Source of the DNA: Harriotta raleighana
Lineage: Eukaryota
Assembly (NCBI GenBank): GCA_050575255.1
Contig: JBNZDD010013730.1
Location: 9,270,381 to 9,334,380, forward strand
Direction of reading: 5' to 3'
Length of the DNA stretch: 64,000 bases
The notes under the pieces are model-generated. The model was not told the DNA's origin and did no database searches. It worked only from the letters and a program-made list of their open reading frames with translations. This document shows positions 26,251-38,990 of the stretch, one piece after another (the first letter of the stretch is position 1; each line of letters begins with the position of its first letter). The position numbers and the translations under genes were made by a program.

Positions 26251-26454
26251 GTAGATCAACAACATTAAATATTTTAACAGCAACATTTCCTTAGGAAAAT
26301 AATTGTTGCCATAAGTGTACGTTCATTGTTCAAGCAATATACTGATTTAAAATCAGGACTGACTGCAAACAGATGCAAAGTCTGCAATATTTGAAATCAA
26401 ATATCAAGGAAATTGGTTTTAAATGAGTTAAATAAAGATGACCTGGTGTTTCAT

Positions 26455-26640
26455 GCTCAGTCCTTGAACATATTCAAGACTGAGTTAGAAAGATTTCTCA
26501 TAAAGTGATTAAAGGGCATGGAGATAAGGCAGGTAGCTGGAGTCAGTGTAGAATATCAGCCATGATTGAATGGCGGGGCAGGCTCAATGGGCCGAATGGC
26601 CTACTCCTGCTCCTATTTCTTATGCTCTTATGTTCTTATG
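26455..26640 (+). mobile_element. CR1 (HER1-like) LINE 3' end
   Basis: 'atattcaagactgagttaga...tcagccatgattgaatggcggggcaggctcaatgggccgaatggcctactcctgctccta' with a (TTCTTATG)-type 8-mer tail, the typical chondrichthyan CR1 terminus. Confidence 0.85.
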
Positions 26641-27648
26641 ATCTTTCCAAAAAGATAAAAAGATATGGCTAAGATTAAGAAGTCAGTGAAAGAAAATATG
26701 TGTAGCACTGAGATATGTTATTGTATCTTCTGGCAAGCCAAGAGGTGGAACTCAGCACTTTTATAGATCTTGTATTCTACACCCGATTTGAAACTAGTAT
26801 TTGTTTTGAAAAAAAATCGACAGATAAGTGCACGAGCATGACCAAGTGTATTAGTCAGCCTGACCTCTTTGTACCGCAGTTTACCAAAAACAACAGGAAA
26901 TGGGTTGCTGGAAGCGGGAAAATTACTTAAATAGAACCACAAGCTAACTCTACTTTCTGAAGTGTTTTTTTCTGATGAAGAAATGTAAGGTAAAATCAAA
27001 GAACATTACGCGTTTTAATTAAACTCAATCCTCTTTACTTCACATGGGCCTTCAAATGAAATATATGGTCGCTTATTTTCTGTTAACGCATTTTGTGTAA
27101 CAAAGCTAAGCTTATCCGTCAAGGATCATAGAATTAACTGTCCCAACATGTGAGTCCATTTTAAATTCTGTGGGAAAAATGTGAGCAATACCAACATTAC
27201 TCAGATGGAGTTAATCTGTACGAGCTTTTCATTGCAAAAATACTTAGAAAAGTAATTTCAATTTTGCCAAAGAAATATTTCGAGGAAAGTCAAATTGCCT
27301 TCAAATCAATTTTGGGCGTCAACATTAGCAAAATAATTTTGCTAAATGTGGACTGAAGAGAAGTTAATTGGTGCTTATACGAAGAGAATAATTGGTCAAT
27401 ATTGTACACTGGATTCTTAGCTGTTGTTTTAAAAACAAACAAAATGCTGGAAAAAGAGGTTATACTCTTGAAATGGCATTTTGAGACCAAAGTGGATAAC
27501 AGCTTTACTGTTAAGTGATCTAATACTACCGGCATGCAGTCGTTTGGTAATCGAATCATGGATTTTAAAAAAATAAAGTGCTTTCCACACTCTGCTTTTG
27601 TGAATTATGTTTAAAAGCAGTCAATTGCTTTGTCAAATGAAATGCCAG

Positions 27649-27797
27649 GCCTGGTACTGTATTCTGTCAGCAGTTTTGTTTCCCCTATTGAAAGCCATAA
27701 GCATAGGGCAGAGCAGAAACCTACTGCTATCTTTCACACTCCTATTGCTTTCAATAGGAACACACAAATGGATATGATGTAATAACCAAGTCAGGCT
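27649..27797. repeat. Degenerate palindromic (MITE-like) element
   Basis: Inner arms cctattgaaagccata (27684-27699) and tattgctttcaatagg (27743-27758) are 15/16 complementary; outer complementarity is weaker. Confidence 0.45.
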
Positions 27798-30396
27798 CTA
27801 TCAGAGAATCAATCCTTTACAACTATTTAACAGATACGAGGCATATATGAACTCCTTTCTTCTGATGCATTTCTCATTAAATGTTGATTAATTTATAAAT
27901 CCAAATCTTTAACATTACAAATTGTAAGTCAAACTCCCTAGCCTTTCTTAGCATTGTGCTGGAACTGGCAGCAGTAGATATTATAAATGCAAAATGACTC
28001 AAAAGAAAGATTATATACAATATAAGTAGTATAAGGAAACAAATAGCTGCACTCACACCACTGCATTAGTATTGATCTTTGTCGATCAAGGCTTGTTCCA
28101 TTTATTGAGTGAGAAAAGGCAAGGTCATGTTGATTTATCTCAAATGAAAGGTCAAAGCTATTATCTAGACTTTTAAAAGATAAAATTCAGTCTGCTAGGC
28201 CAGAAAGTACTTATTTTTGGATTTAGTTTGTAATCTTGCAGAAAGGAGCAAAATTGGTTGTCCAGCTTTACGTATTTCATTGATAATGCTGTACCATTTT
28301 ACTTATGCAAATACTGTTGCTTAAGCTGAAAGAGAATGTATAATCATTTCACAACAAGCCAATTATGTTTTTTTTTAAATTGCTCTCAGAACCTGGCCTA
28401 AACTGAAACCACTTGTGTATGTCTTTCAACTGTTTCTGTTCCTGTTTGGAACAATTTTTATCAGATAAAGAATAAAATAGATAGCCAATAATGCCTGAGT
28501 GGAAACATAATTTCTCTCATCAATTTTATTTTGGTGAAAAGTGTGCATTTTCTGAAGTTCAGTAAGAACTGTCATATATGCACTTATGGTTCATTTAACA
28601 CAACATTTGTGGTTATTTGAAAATACTTTTAATCCACCAAAGACAGAATGTGCTTTGCAGCTTTGAGTAGCCACATGTTTTCTATTGCAATGCTGACCAT
28701 AAGCTTTGGCTATGGAATATTGTGAAGCAGAGGAATGCATGGAATCACAGAATGCATTTCAATCGTGGTGTGCTATGAAGAAACTAAATATTGTAAAAGC
28801 ATTTTTTTTCCCGCAGGCTTCCAAAGGTTAATAAAAAATATACTCCACAGTAAAATACCTTCTTTCTTTCCCAGCCAGCTTTCTCATGAGGCAGAACGAC
28901 ATGGAGCGGTGCAAAAATTGTTTCAATGTTTGACCTCTGACCAACTGAAAATGTGAGAAATTAAAACCTATAGTGCACTTTCTTCCTCTTAAATTGTGGA
29001 TACATAAAATTTAACATCTTTAATAACTAGCCAAGTGTACTGCAAGTGTGTGTGTATTTATATATATATATATATATATACTGTACTGTATACACACACA
29101 CTAATAAATCCAAGGTGAGACCAAATCCAAACAGCCTCCTCCTGTTCCTGTTTTCATATTTAGAGAGGTCACAGTGGAGTCAGCCATGCAAAATGTGATG
29201 ACGTGATGATCTTTACACATTGCTGCCCTTGAGGTACACATTCACAGTCTTTCTTTCCAACTAGCAAGGCTTGACATACTCACAATTGGCTCTGTTTGGT
29301 CCAAGCCTGGTACAATGGAAACTGGCTCATAACATCAGCAAAGAGTCTGGGCAAGTTTGACTACTTTAATGGGGTTGGTTTACCTTGCTGGTGAGGTTTT
29401 ATTATTACACTGTTCAATATATAGCTGGAATGAAAAATAGTGCAAAAAAAAATTAACTGTATTGTTGGGATGATCTTGAGGCAAGTTTCTCTGTTACTTC
29501 ATTGCTCAAATAATCCGACATCATAGAGGTTAAATTTAGGGTTGCAAACACCCAATATCTGATCCTTTTCTGTAGTATAAATCTATTAAGTCTTTGGACT
29601 AAAATCTTGACTACCACTAGCTAAAAGTACTTTCAAAGACATACCTTTTCTCTCTCTGCTAACCTTAGATTAGTTAATGAATGAAATGACTGAAGTCATT
29701 TGATCCCAGGTTGAAGTGATACTTACTGCTTTGCTAAATACACTCGCTTTGTCAGGGTCGAGATGGGATGAATTAAAGTGCACAAGAAAACGCTGCTGGA
29801 ATTAAACAAAAGGCTTTGGAGCAAAGCAGGGTATGTGGAAGGCGCACATAATGGAACTCTTTCAAAGTGCAGCTGAAACTATCACCACACACCCCCCCTC
29901 CCTCACCCCCCCCCCAACCACCCAACACAAAATAAATAATTATGGATACAAAGCAATGCATCTGACTCCCTTGCAGGCAGTTATGGCCTCCTTTGCAACA
30001 ATGGAGTAAGTGTGAGGTTACAGAGAACTGCAAGCTGCAGTTTATAGTCATAAGAAATAAAATATTGTCCCTTGAGCTTCAGCGATGCAATACATCACAG
30101 CCAATGTTTTCTTTTTCTCTCTCTGCATTAGAACATCCCCCTCGGTCACTTCTATGATTCAGTCCACGATTCTTTAGCTTGAAATCCCCCAGAGAGGCAT
30201 CGTGCTATCAATCAGAAAGAATAGCGATAAGGTTTCTTTCCAATTTAGTGGTCACGAAGTAGCATTTCTTGGCATTGCTAAAGGGCTCATAATGGAACAA
30301 AGTACATTTTCTGCTGTAACATTACTAAGGGTGGCCCTCATTGCTCATTTGCAGATCAACATGATTACCCCCTTCATCAAAGCTTCTGTACTTTAC

Positions 30397-30590
30397 TATA
30401 TAAAAGGTTTATTGTGCTGAGGTATTTACAGTGAAGTTAGATTACGACTTGGGGCGCCTGGACTCAATGGGACAGTGAATGACCCCTCATTTAGAGAGGT
30501 TGGACTGTCTGAGTGTCCCCTCTTTCCCTGTGATGGCTTCAGTGAATCCTATTTTTGAGGATACACTTTGCAACGTGACGCAGTGATTCA
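30397..30590 (+). promoter_or_regulatory. Putative second promoter (TATA + Inr, CRE/AP-1-like sites)
   Basis: TATAAAAG at 30399-30406 with 'tacAgt' at 30430, 31 bp downstream. TGACGCA at 30576-30582 is adjacent to TGATTCA at 30584-30590. Confidence 0.4.
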
Positions 30591-30824
30591 GTCGCAGTTG
30601 GCAAGGAGAGAACTCTTCTCTCTTCTCTCTCTCTCGCTCTCTCTCTGGCAGCAAGTTACAAAAAAAAACAAACACAAGGAATGGCAAAAGAAATGGAAAC
30701 GTAAAGTCTTTCTTAGATGTGACTGGAATGGAGACAATGATGGCTTGAACCAAGTTCACGAGTAGCAAAATAAAGACCAGACATTGATGGACTTGACCTT
30801 CAGTCTCTTCCCTTAATCATCAAG
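30430..30824 (+). other. Putative alternative non-coding first exon with several short uORFs
   Basis: Ends at 'caag|gttagt' (GT at 30825). Contains a CT tract and several ATGs that terminate within the exon. The start is uncertain (30430 or about 30590). Confidence 0.35.
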
Positions 30825-33800
30825 GTTAGTGTCACGTTGGCAAAGAATACACGAGAAGATTTGTTGTGTTTTGTCAGGGAAGCCTAGTAAAAAGCCGGGG
30901 GGGGAGGGGGGATCCTATTTGGGTCGAGCATAAATTTTCATCCCGACATTTGGTATTATTGTGCTTTCACACCAGCAAAATAGCTGAACACGCTTCTATA
31001 GTGCAGTGTCTGTGTGTTTTGTAGGCAAACCTGTAGGCAAATTTGATGTTGAACTGCCAAGCTCAATTTCAATTTGGCAAAGGAGGAAACTCGGAGCAAT
31101 TTGTGTGAGGCTTGGTGTGTGTGTATGTGTGTGTGTATTTTTAGTTCACCCAAAATGCAAGTACAGCGTAGAAACGTGTGTGTGCAGGTGTAATCTTCTT
31201 TCTGAGGGAAATTTCCTTCCTGTGGGTTTTCTTGAAATATCCAGACCCTTTTTATTGTGTTGCCCAAACATCACGGCTATCTCTCTCTCTCTGTCTCTCT
31301 CTAATGTTCAGGAATGATTGGATAGCACACAAAGTTACATGTCATGTAAGGTCGGCCATTTCTCCAAATGATTTTAGCTTTTTTTAAAACAACTTGCTGG
31401 AACTGCGGGGTATCTGTGGTACAAGTTAATTGTAATAAATGTGACTTTTTGTACTTGGGGCAAAATTAGACAAAGGGAGAGTTGTCCAGTCGTCCATTCT
31501 GGCCCAGACAATACGCAGCTGAAGACATTTCCAGTGTATTTTATACAATGAAACGATCAATCAGTCTATGAAGTAGAGCTATGTCATCTGAAAACTTAAT
31601 GTACTATAGACAATTGGTCCTTTAACTGAAGACATCCTTTTTTTATTACTCTGTTTCAAAAATATTAAAGGATGATTTGGCTTTAAAACCAAGACCTATC
31701 AGGAATGCAAACGAGTGAGTGTGTGTAACCGCTTTATCCAATCTCTTTTCTTAAAAAAAAACATTACCACAATGACTGAAGCAGTCTGTGCAATCGTTGG
31801 CTTCCACCATCCGACAATCATCCGAACAGGTAGCAAATCTCATTCAGTGTTGAATGTTTCAGACCAAAGCATTCGGTTGACTGAATGGAAGTGAATTCTC
31901 ATGTGAGAAAACAGCGAAACTCACTTGGAGACATGGAGAGATAGACTAGAATCCTTCATCGGAGAGCTGGCTACACATCAGTCGTCAACGGATTGTAGAC
32001 AGTGTTGATCTTTATCAGCCCAGGTAGCCGGGGTTAAGGCCATTCAAAGTCTCTCCAGATAGTTAGACTTCCAACTATTGAAGTGCGTGTGTCCATGCCA
32101 GAGAATCTTAATTGCACGAGTACAACTCGGTTTTAGTCAACTGGAGCTGAGGAGGGGTTGGCTTACTTAACCAGCCTGGACATGAACAGTCACGAACACT
32201 GATGGATTCATTAAATAGTTTGATTTAAACACCGACATAATTCATCGGTATAGAAAACCTAGGCTGATTGTGAAAATTAGTCATCCATCTGCAACCATGA
32301 GGAGGAGGGGGAGGGGGAGGAGGAGGAGGAGGGAGGGGGGGGGGGAGAGAACAAAATCATAGAAAAGCATGATTTGGGTAGTACAATCATCGGACCCGAG
32401 GGAAAATACGTTTCCTTAGAAACATCAGGATTTCATAAGTGCGTAATATCAATGCCCCCCCCCCCCCACCCCCCAAAATAAAGATGCAAACGCAATCTTT
32501 TAATAATAGAATTTAATGTCCAATACAGTATTTTGAAATCTGGCTTTCGCAACAAGAGTATCTCTGTGTAATTCGATCCTGCCTGGCTTTTTTATATATA
32601 TATATATATAGCTGTGATGAAACCAGAATCTCCTTTGCAGTGTCCAACAACATCAAACAACATCTGCAAAACCGGTTTCCTGCGTATCTTTGACACGTTG
32701 TAAAGAGAATTCACATGCGTGAAACCCCAGAATATTTTGTGCAAAAATCATATAGTCTTCAAAGGGCAAGTCTTCCATCAACCCCCCCCCCCACCCCCCA
32801 CACACACAAACCCCATAAAATCATTTCCTGCTCCCCCTCTTATCAGAAGATTAAAGAGCTCTTGCAACCGAGTTCAGTGATCTATTCAGATGGTGTGTTT
32901 CATGGAATTAATTCACAGCATTCACGATATTCCTGTCACAAGAAAGCGACAATCTCAGTGCAAACTGAGAGGTGCCGAACCTAATGGATGAATCATTTTA
33001 TAATCCTGCGAGGTTATGGAGGTACATCAGAGCAGAGCAGATCAGCGAAGAAGCTGTGCTCCCAACGTCTGCTTTCTCGCAGATTTCTCGCGTCCACCCA
33101 AATCAGGGTCTCTCAGCCAGCAAACAATTAACCTTTCTCGTTTGAAACACTCTGTGAATCCAGCCGTATTTCCTATTTTCGAAGGAGAGGGGGACAGGGG
33201 TGGTGGGTGGGGTGGGAGGGGGGAGGGTGGTTCGAGTCAATGGCAGCCGGGGATTGGAGAGTTAATGGGTGGAGGGAGTGTGTGTGTGTGTGTATGTGTG
33301 TGTGAGAGAGAGAGAGAGAGTATCAGCATTCAGAGAATGCATGTAAGTTGGAAGTTTGGGTGGTTTGGGCTGTCAGTCGCATCAGTTACTAATTATTGGC
33401 ATCAGCAGCTCCCCACTGGCTGGGCTGTGATCTCGGGTTCCCCAGTTTCAGTGGCCAAGCCATCAAAACAACCCTTCACTCCCCGGGTCCGTCACATTGA
33501 TTAATTAACAGCGTTGGTAGTAGTCTCGATGGAGAAAGCCGGCCACCCCTTGAAGATGGGTGGAAAAGCCACTGCAGCAAACTCCGGGAGATTGGCTTCT
33601 GCCAAGATATTGCTGGGGGGGTTGGAACACGAAGAGGAGCAGGAAGAAAGTAGTAGATAAAGAACATCCCCCTCCCCCCAACCCAACCCCCCACCCAAAA
33701 AAAACCACACCAAATCTGCCATTTAATAAGTCCAAGCTTCAAGCACATATTCAGGGCAAATAAAAAGATGATTTGGACTGTGTTGGACAGGAGCTGTATT

Positions 33801-34831
33801 CGTTTCACACTCACAGCTCTGGATTTTAAACTTCATTTCTTTGTTAAGTTTATGACCTTTTTCTGCAGTTGTGTTGCTGGAACAACCTAATTACTCCCCA
33901 CCCCCCCCCCCCACCCCCAACTTTACAGGTTTTCAGAGAACTTTCCAGATGTGTGTTTTTTTTGGGACATCCACTGCCCTAATTAATTACAGAGGAGATA
34001 ACTTCCCTGGACCAGTAACCCCTTTAAGTCCTCCTACAATCTAAACAGTGCTCAGAGAGTCTGGGAGTTATGATTCATCAGTGTTAACATGCACGTACAG
34101 TATTCCCCTTTCCTTAGCCCCTTTGAATCTTCCTGAGTTGACAGAAATGTCAGGGTTTGGGAGAAGCTGGAAACAAACGACTCCCTCCCTGTCTCTCTCT
34201 CCCTCCCTCCTTCCCTCCCCTACCGTCTTAGCAACACAGAACACTTGTCAAATAGACTGATTTCCCCCCCCTCCCCCCTCTAAACTCTCCCCATGATAAT
34301 GAATGGAAACATTGCGGTTTGAAATCCCAGAGGAAAAAAAGGCAACAATCTAATTCTGTCTGCCCTTCGAGAGCAGTGGAAAATAAAGAAGCACCCCCTC
34401 CTTGCTTTGTCTGGAATTAAAACACTCGAAGGAAGCCCCTATTACATTAAATAGTTTTATTTAGTAATGGAAAGGGCCAAACCAACGAACCAGAACTGCG
34501 TTTAGCACTTTTGAGTATCTCAAATTGTAAGCTAGATATTGTGATAACAAACAACAATGTCAACTTTGATTGATATAAATATATGTATGTGTATATATAT
34601 GTATATATTTTATACAGGATATATATGTATATATAGTGGCTTTCAGGTATGATAATATCTTGGGAGTGCAGTTAGTACATCACAGCAGATAAGCTGTGAG
34701 CTGCTTCACAGGTGAAATCCCAGAGTACAGGATGCACATTTAAGGGGGACAGTGCTTTATTAATTATTTGAATGCTGCAGAAATTGCAAGAATGTGTTCT
34801 GACACATCGCTTTCACTTGTTTCGCCTACAG

Positions 34832-35014
34832 CCCACTCGTGTGTCTCTCTGCTTTTGGGTCAGCGACTCAACCGAGCATGACTGCAACGTGACTGAAGAC
34901 ATCATTGTCAGCTCTTAGCATCAAAGTAGATGAGGGACATTATGCAACATATTCACCCCGAGGCAGAGACACCCAGATTAGTGTGCTGGACTGGAAAAGT
35001 AGGAAATGATGGAG
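34832..35014 (+). other. Putative internal exon (183 nt), 5'UTR or start-codon-containing
   Basis: Branch point CTGAC (A at 34802), polypyrimidine tract and CAG acceptor (34831), donor GAG|GTAAGA (GT at 35015). All three frames from the acceptor contain stops. ATG 34930 and ATG 35006 stay open to the donor. Confidence 0.5.
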
Positions 35015-37126
35015 GTAAGACATTTTCCTGACCCAAATCGAAACCCTCCTTCCTTCAACTGGAACGGCTGATTTCGCTGCCCTTTTATTATTTATTGTGT
35101 GGCTTCTCTGATTGCTATTTACCCTTGCTTTAAAATGTCTACCACAAACCAGGTGCTGAATAGTTACTCCCCCCTCACCCCCCAAAAAAATGGCATCAGA
35201 AGTGTTCAATGTTGTAAGATCACACACAAATATGTTTTCAAGGACTCTGGTCACTATTGGTGTAATGTACAAGGACATAACTTTCATTAGAAAAGGGGCT
35301 TTAATCGTTTCGATCCCTAAATTCTCTCCCAAAACACCTTCTGCTTAACATTAAAGGATTTGGGAACATTTCTGATTGGAGCCCAAGCATAATGATTCAC
35401 TTCTATTTATAGACCGTAAAACAACAATACCTTGACTGCAAATCTTTATGTTATCATTCGTGTCTCTCTTCCCCCACCTCCCCTCCCCTCTATCGATGAT
35501 TACCCCGTTTGTCTTGGTGAGCATTTAGCAGATTTGCTTTTATTTCCATCTCTTCTGTAGGAAATGCGCTGCATATTTTAAGATGTCATTTTGATATATA
35601 TATATATATATATATATGAATTATCCTGTCAAGTGGTCAGACAGACTGATACTTGAGGATTATAGGTGCAGAGGATAAGAAACTCGGGCAGTTTCAAAGC
35701 CATAATCTTAATGATAGCTTTTTTCTGGTTGCAGCAGCTAAACCAGCTGCCAAAGATGCCACCATTTAGCCCATTCTTTAGGAACAGAACATTAATGAAC
35801 CCAGCCAGCAAATCCTCTGTGTCTGATTTTAAGATGCAATAAGGGTTCGGGGACTCTTTTACAAGCTTCACACCCTCCAGCTGCTTTACATCCTGTCCCC
35901 CTCCCTTGTTCACAAGGAGATTCCATTCGATCTATTCCTTTAGCTTTTTTTATCCTACTGAGTTAACAGTAATTCTCATCCTTTGACCACTGTTCCATGT
36001 TGGGAGTTTCCAATCCTCAGCAAACAAAAGAGGATGCTTTAAACATGAAAGGGAGAGGATGTGCAGACATCCACTTTACAATTGTGAGCCCCCTTTGGTC
36101 CAGAACTCAGAACATGTTCAAACAACTTGCCTTATAAGAGCAGTTTCAGCAGGAACACATTGCTCAGATCAATCACCCTATCCTATTTGGAGACCCAGCT
36201 ACCTCTGTTTAAATCAGGGGAGGCCTCTTCACTGTTTCAAGATTTCATATCAAGTAGCTTTTTATCCTTCCCTGAACCCAATCTTCTCGGCATAAAAATA
36301 TGCTCTCCTCTGCTTTAGAGGCAACTAAATTGGACGAGTTGTGGCGGGGGTGGTTATTCAACTAACGCTTGTTGGAGAGCCATTCAGATAGATTCCTGTC
36401 ACCCTCCAGCTACTCAAAGTGATCAGATGAAAATGAACTTGTTTCTTCCATGTGTCAGAACAGATTTATTCAAATGGATACCAGATTGTCTGAGGGAATG
36501 CATCAATTAAGATAACAATTCTCGCCCTTGGGTGTTGAATGAAAATAAGATGCAGTCAAATATTTCATAGAAGACTTGTAACAAGTTTATAATGGATCTG
36601 CTGTAGAAACCTTGACAAATGTCCTCCCCAGCTCTTAATACAGCCGATGAATGCAAATTGGGAGGAGGACGGGGGGTGGAATTTAAAAAAAATCTTATTC
36701 GATTGACTTGGAATAAAGTGAGCCTGCTTTGTGCTGCACATTTAGTTGAGTCTGGGTTATTCACAAGCGATTTAACACAACATCTGAACCAAGGCAGGGT
36801 TTGTGGTTGTATTTTGACACACCTCTCCCCCATTGCTTCCCCCATTGCAACCCATTATTTTCCATGTGAAGCTCTCATCACCACAAAGCAGGAATCATGT
36901 TGCTCCAGTTGCTATGGATTCCCGTCAAACGGAAGCCAAGTATTGTTGTTTACCTTTTGTTTGTTCTCCTATCGGTTGTTTAATTCCCAAACTTGTGATG
37001 TGCTGGCTTAGAATACAGGTAAGTGGAAATTTAAAGTCACACACAGCCACCAGCCAGTCAATAGGAGGTATGTATTTGTGCAGCAATGGGGGGCAATTAG
37101 TTTCCAGTTAGTTTCTCCACTCCCTC

Positions 37127-37158
<32 letters not shown>
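37127..37158. repeat. (CA)n microsatellite
   Basis: Read directly. Other (TA)n, (GT)n and (GA)n tracts occur at about 19975-20015, 22135-22158, 29046-29100, 33279-33320 and 35595-35616. Confidence 0.9.
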
Positions 37159-37849
37159 TATCACGGTGCCTTCTCCCTGTGGGCAGTAAAACATAGACAA
37201 GACATTCGGTTGGCCAGTTGAACATCAGTTGCTGCCAGCACTCTCGAGCCTGTGCTGTAGAGATTTGACTTCAAATATTCACCACCAAAATATGGAGCAT
37301 AACCAAGATATTTTTTTTGTAGGTTTTTGTTTGTTTTGCCGGTTGTTCAGTTCCAGCCTACAGCTCGCATATGCCTGCGTACATACCACCGAATATAACT
37401 CGTGATGACACAGTTAGAAATAACATCGGAATCTGATTCGCTTTAAGTGGTGTCAAAAACAACAATAACCGCTTGCAATAGGGACTGCACCTTGATGTAG
37501 GGTAAAGGGAGGAAGTTACCTGACCTTTACAACATTTGGATTGTAAAAAAAACACTGGGTTTTATGGTTAGAAGTGTGCATTTAGGATGTAATGCAGAAT
37601 GGATCTTGAGTTCAGAGATTATTTTGAAGTGATTAAGGACCTTTACTTGGCTACAATAATCACTGGCAATCTATGAGAAACAACTCGCTATCAATAACTA
37701 CCAAACTGTATACAAGTCTCTGTGTACCTTGGCAGCACTGCAGTAGATTTTAACAAGTCAAAGGAGTTTGACACGTATTATAGGCTTCCACTAATACAAC
37801 GGTAACTTGTTTGCTTACTTCTGCCAGCCTTACTGCCCAATAGGAAGAT

Positions 37850-38990
37850 AGGAACCTTTCAATCTGTCGAGCCAACTCTACTTTCTTAAAAAACAACTAT
37901 GGCAGTTCTTTTAATCTATAAAATGCCTTTTTTCCATTTCTCTTAATGCCTCTACTTACTTCCCAAACTATCTACTCCCTTTTAAATATGGATTCTGCAT
38001 CAATGACCTTCAGACTTATTCCATTTTACATTCTGGTAAGCCTTCGTGTGAAGAAATTCTTCTGATTTTGCTTCTATGGGGCTCAGTTTAAATTTTCAAA
38101 TGATTTCCCCTTGTTTTGGACTCCTATTTGGAGGGAAATCATCCCTAATCTAGCCTATCAATGGCCTTTATCCTTTTAAACACCTCAATCAGATCACTCC
38201 TTAACCTCCTCAGCTCTAAACAATACAATACCAGTTTGCCCTGCCTCTGATTAAAGATAAACTCCTCCATTCCAGTTATGAAATTGGTGAAATCAATGCT
38301 GAATGCTCCCCAAGGTTAGTATATCCTTCTTGAGATTGGGGGATCAAAATTGAACATTTTAAATGAGGTTTGACCAGCCCGCTGCACAACAGCATCAATA
38401 TTTCCTTGCTTTTATATTCATTTAAAAAATTACGCCAGCCAATAAGCTTTTTGACTGCCTTTTGCATCAACAAACAGGATGAGAATGACTTATGAGCTTG
38501 GATCTCTGAACCCCATGTTCATCAACCCCACCCAGTGCTTTTCCATAGAGGTTACATTCCCAAATGTCATTCATATGTCTAATATGTACTATTTCACAAC
38601 TCTCTATTCTGAACTCCATCTATCATAGTTCCATATATTCACTTGATCAATCTTTGTTCTCGTGAAAATATCCGCTCTCTTCACAATTGATTACGTCTCT
38701 TGGTTTAGTGTTGTCAGCAAACCTGGATATACTATTCCTATATCCAATCCCAATTTTTTTTGAAAGTATGAAAATCTATGGCTCTAACACCGATCTTTGG
38801 GGACAGCACATGTCAGCCCTCCACCCCCCACAATCAGGAAATGTCTCTTACTCCCCAGCTCTAATGTTTTCCTCCTGCTTCCTAATCAATTTCCTGTCCA
38901 TGCAACAAGATTGTCTCCAATTCCACACGCTTTAATTGTAGCTTGGAGTGTTTTATATTGCCATTTTTTGTGTGTTCCCCCCGCTCACCC
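37850..38990 (-). mobile_element. CR1 LINE ORF2 (reverse transcriptase) remnant, heavily disrupted
   Basis: Minus-strand motifs PQRSVLEP (about GVPQGSVLGP), FADNTK (about FADDTK) and 'AVKK...EYKSKEILMLLCSGLVKPHL' (about EYKSKEVMLQLYKALVRPHL). Confidence 0.85.

Larger units (their letters stand above)
25393..26392. repeat. Pair of about 40-bp dispersed direct repeats (25393-25433 and 26354-26392)
   Basis: caggactgactg(tg)caaaca(a/g)atgcaaagtctgcaatattt; one 2-bp indel and one substitution. Confidence 0.85.

Noticed and set aside
31845-31858. Minus-strand resemblance to miR-181 (AACATTCAACaCTG)
   Set aside because: Only the 5' part resembles the mature sequence, and the hairpin folds well only on the opposite strand.
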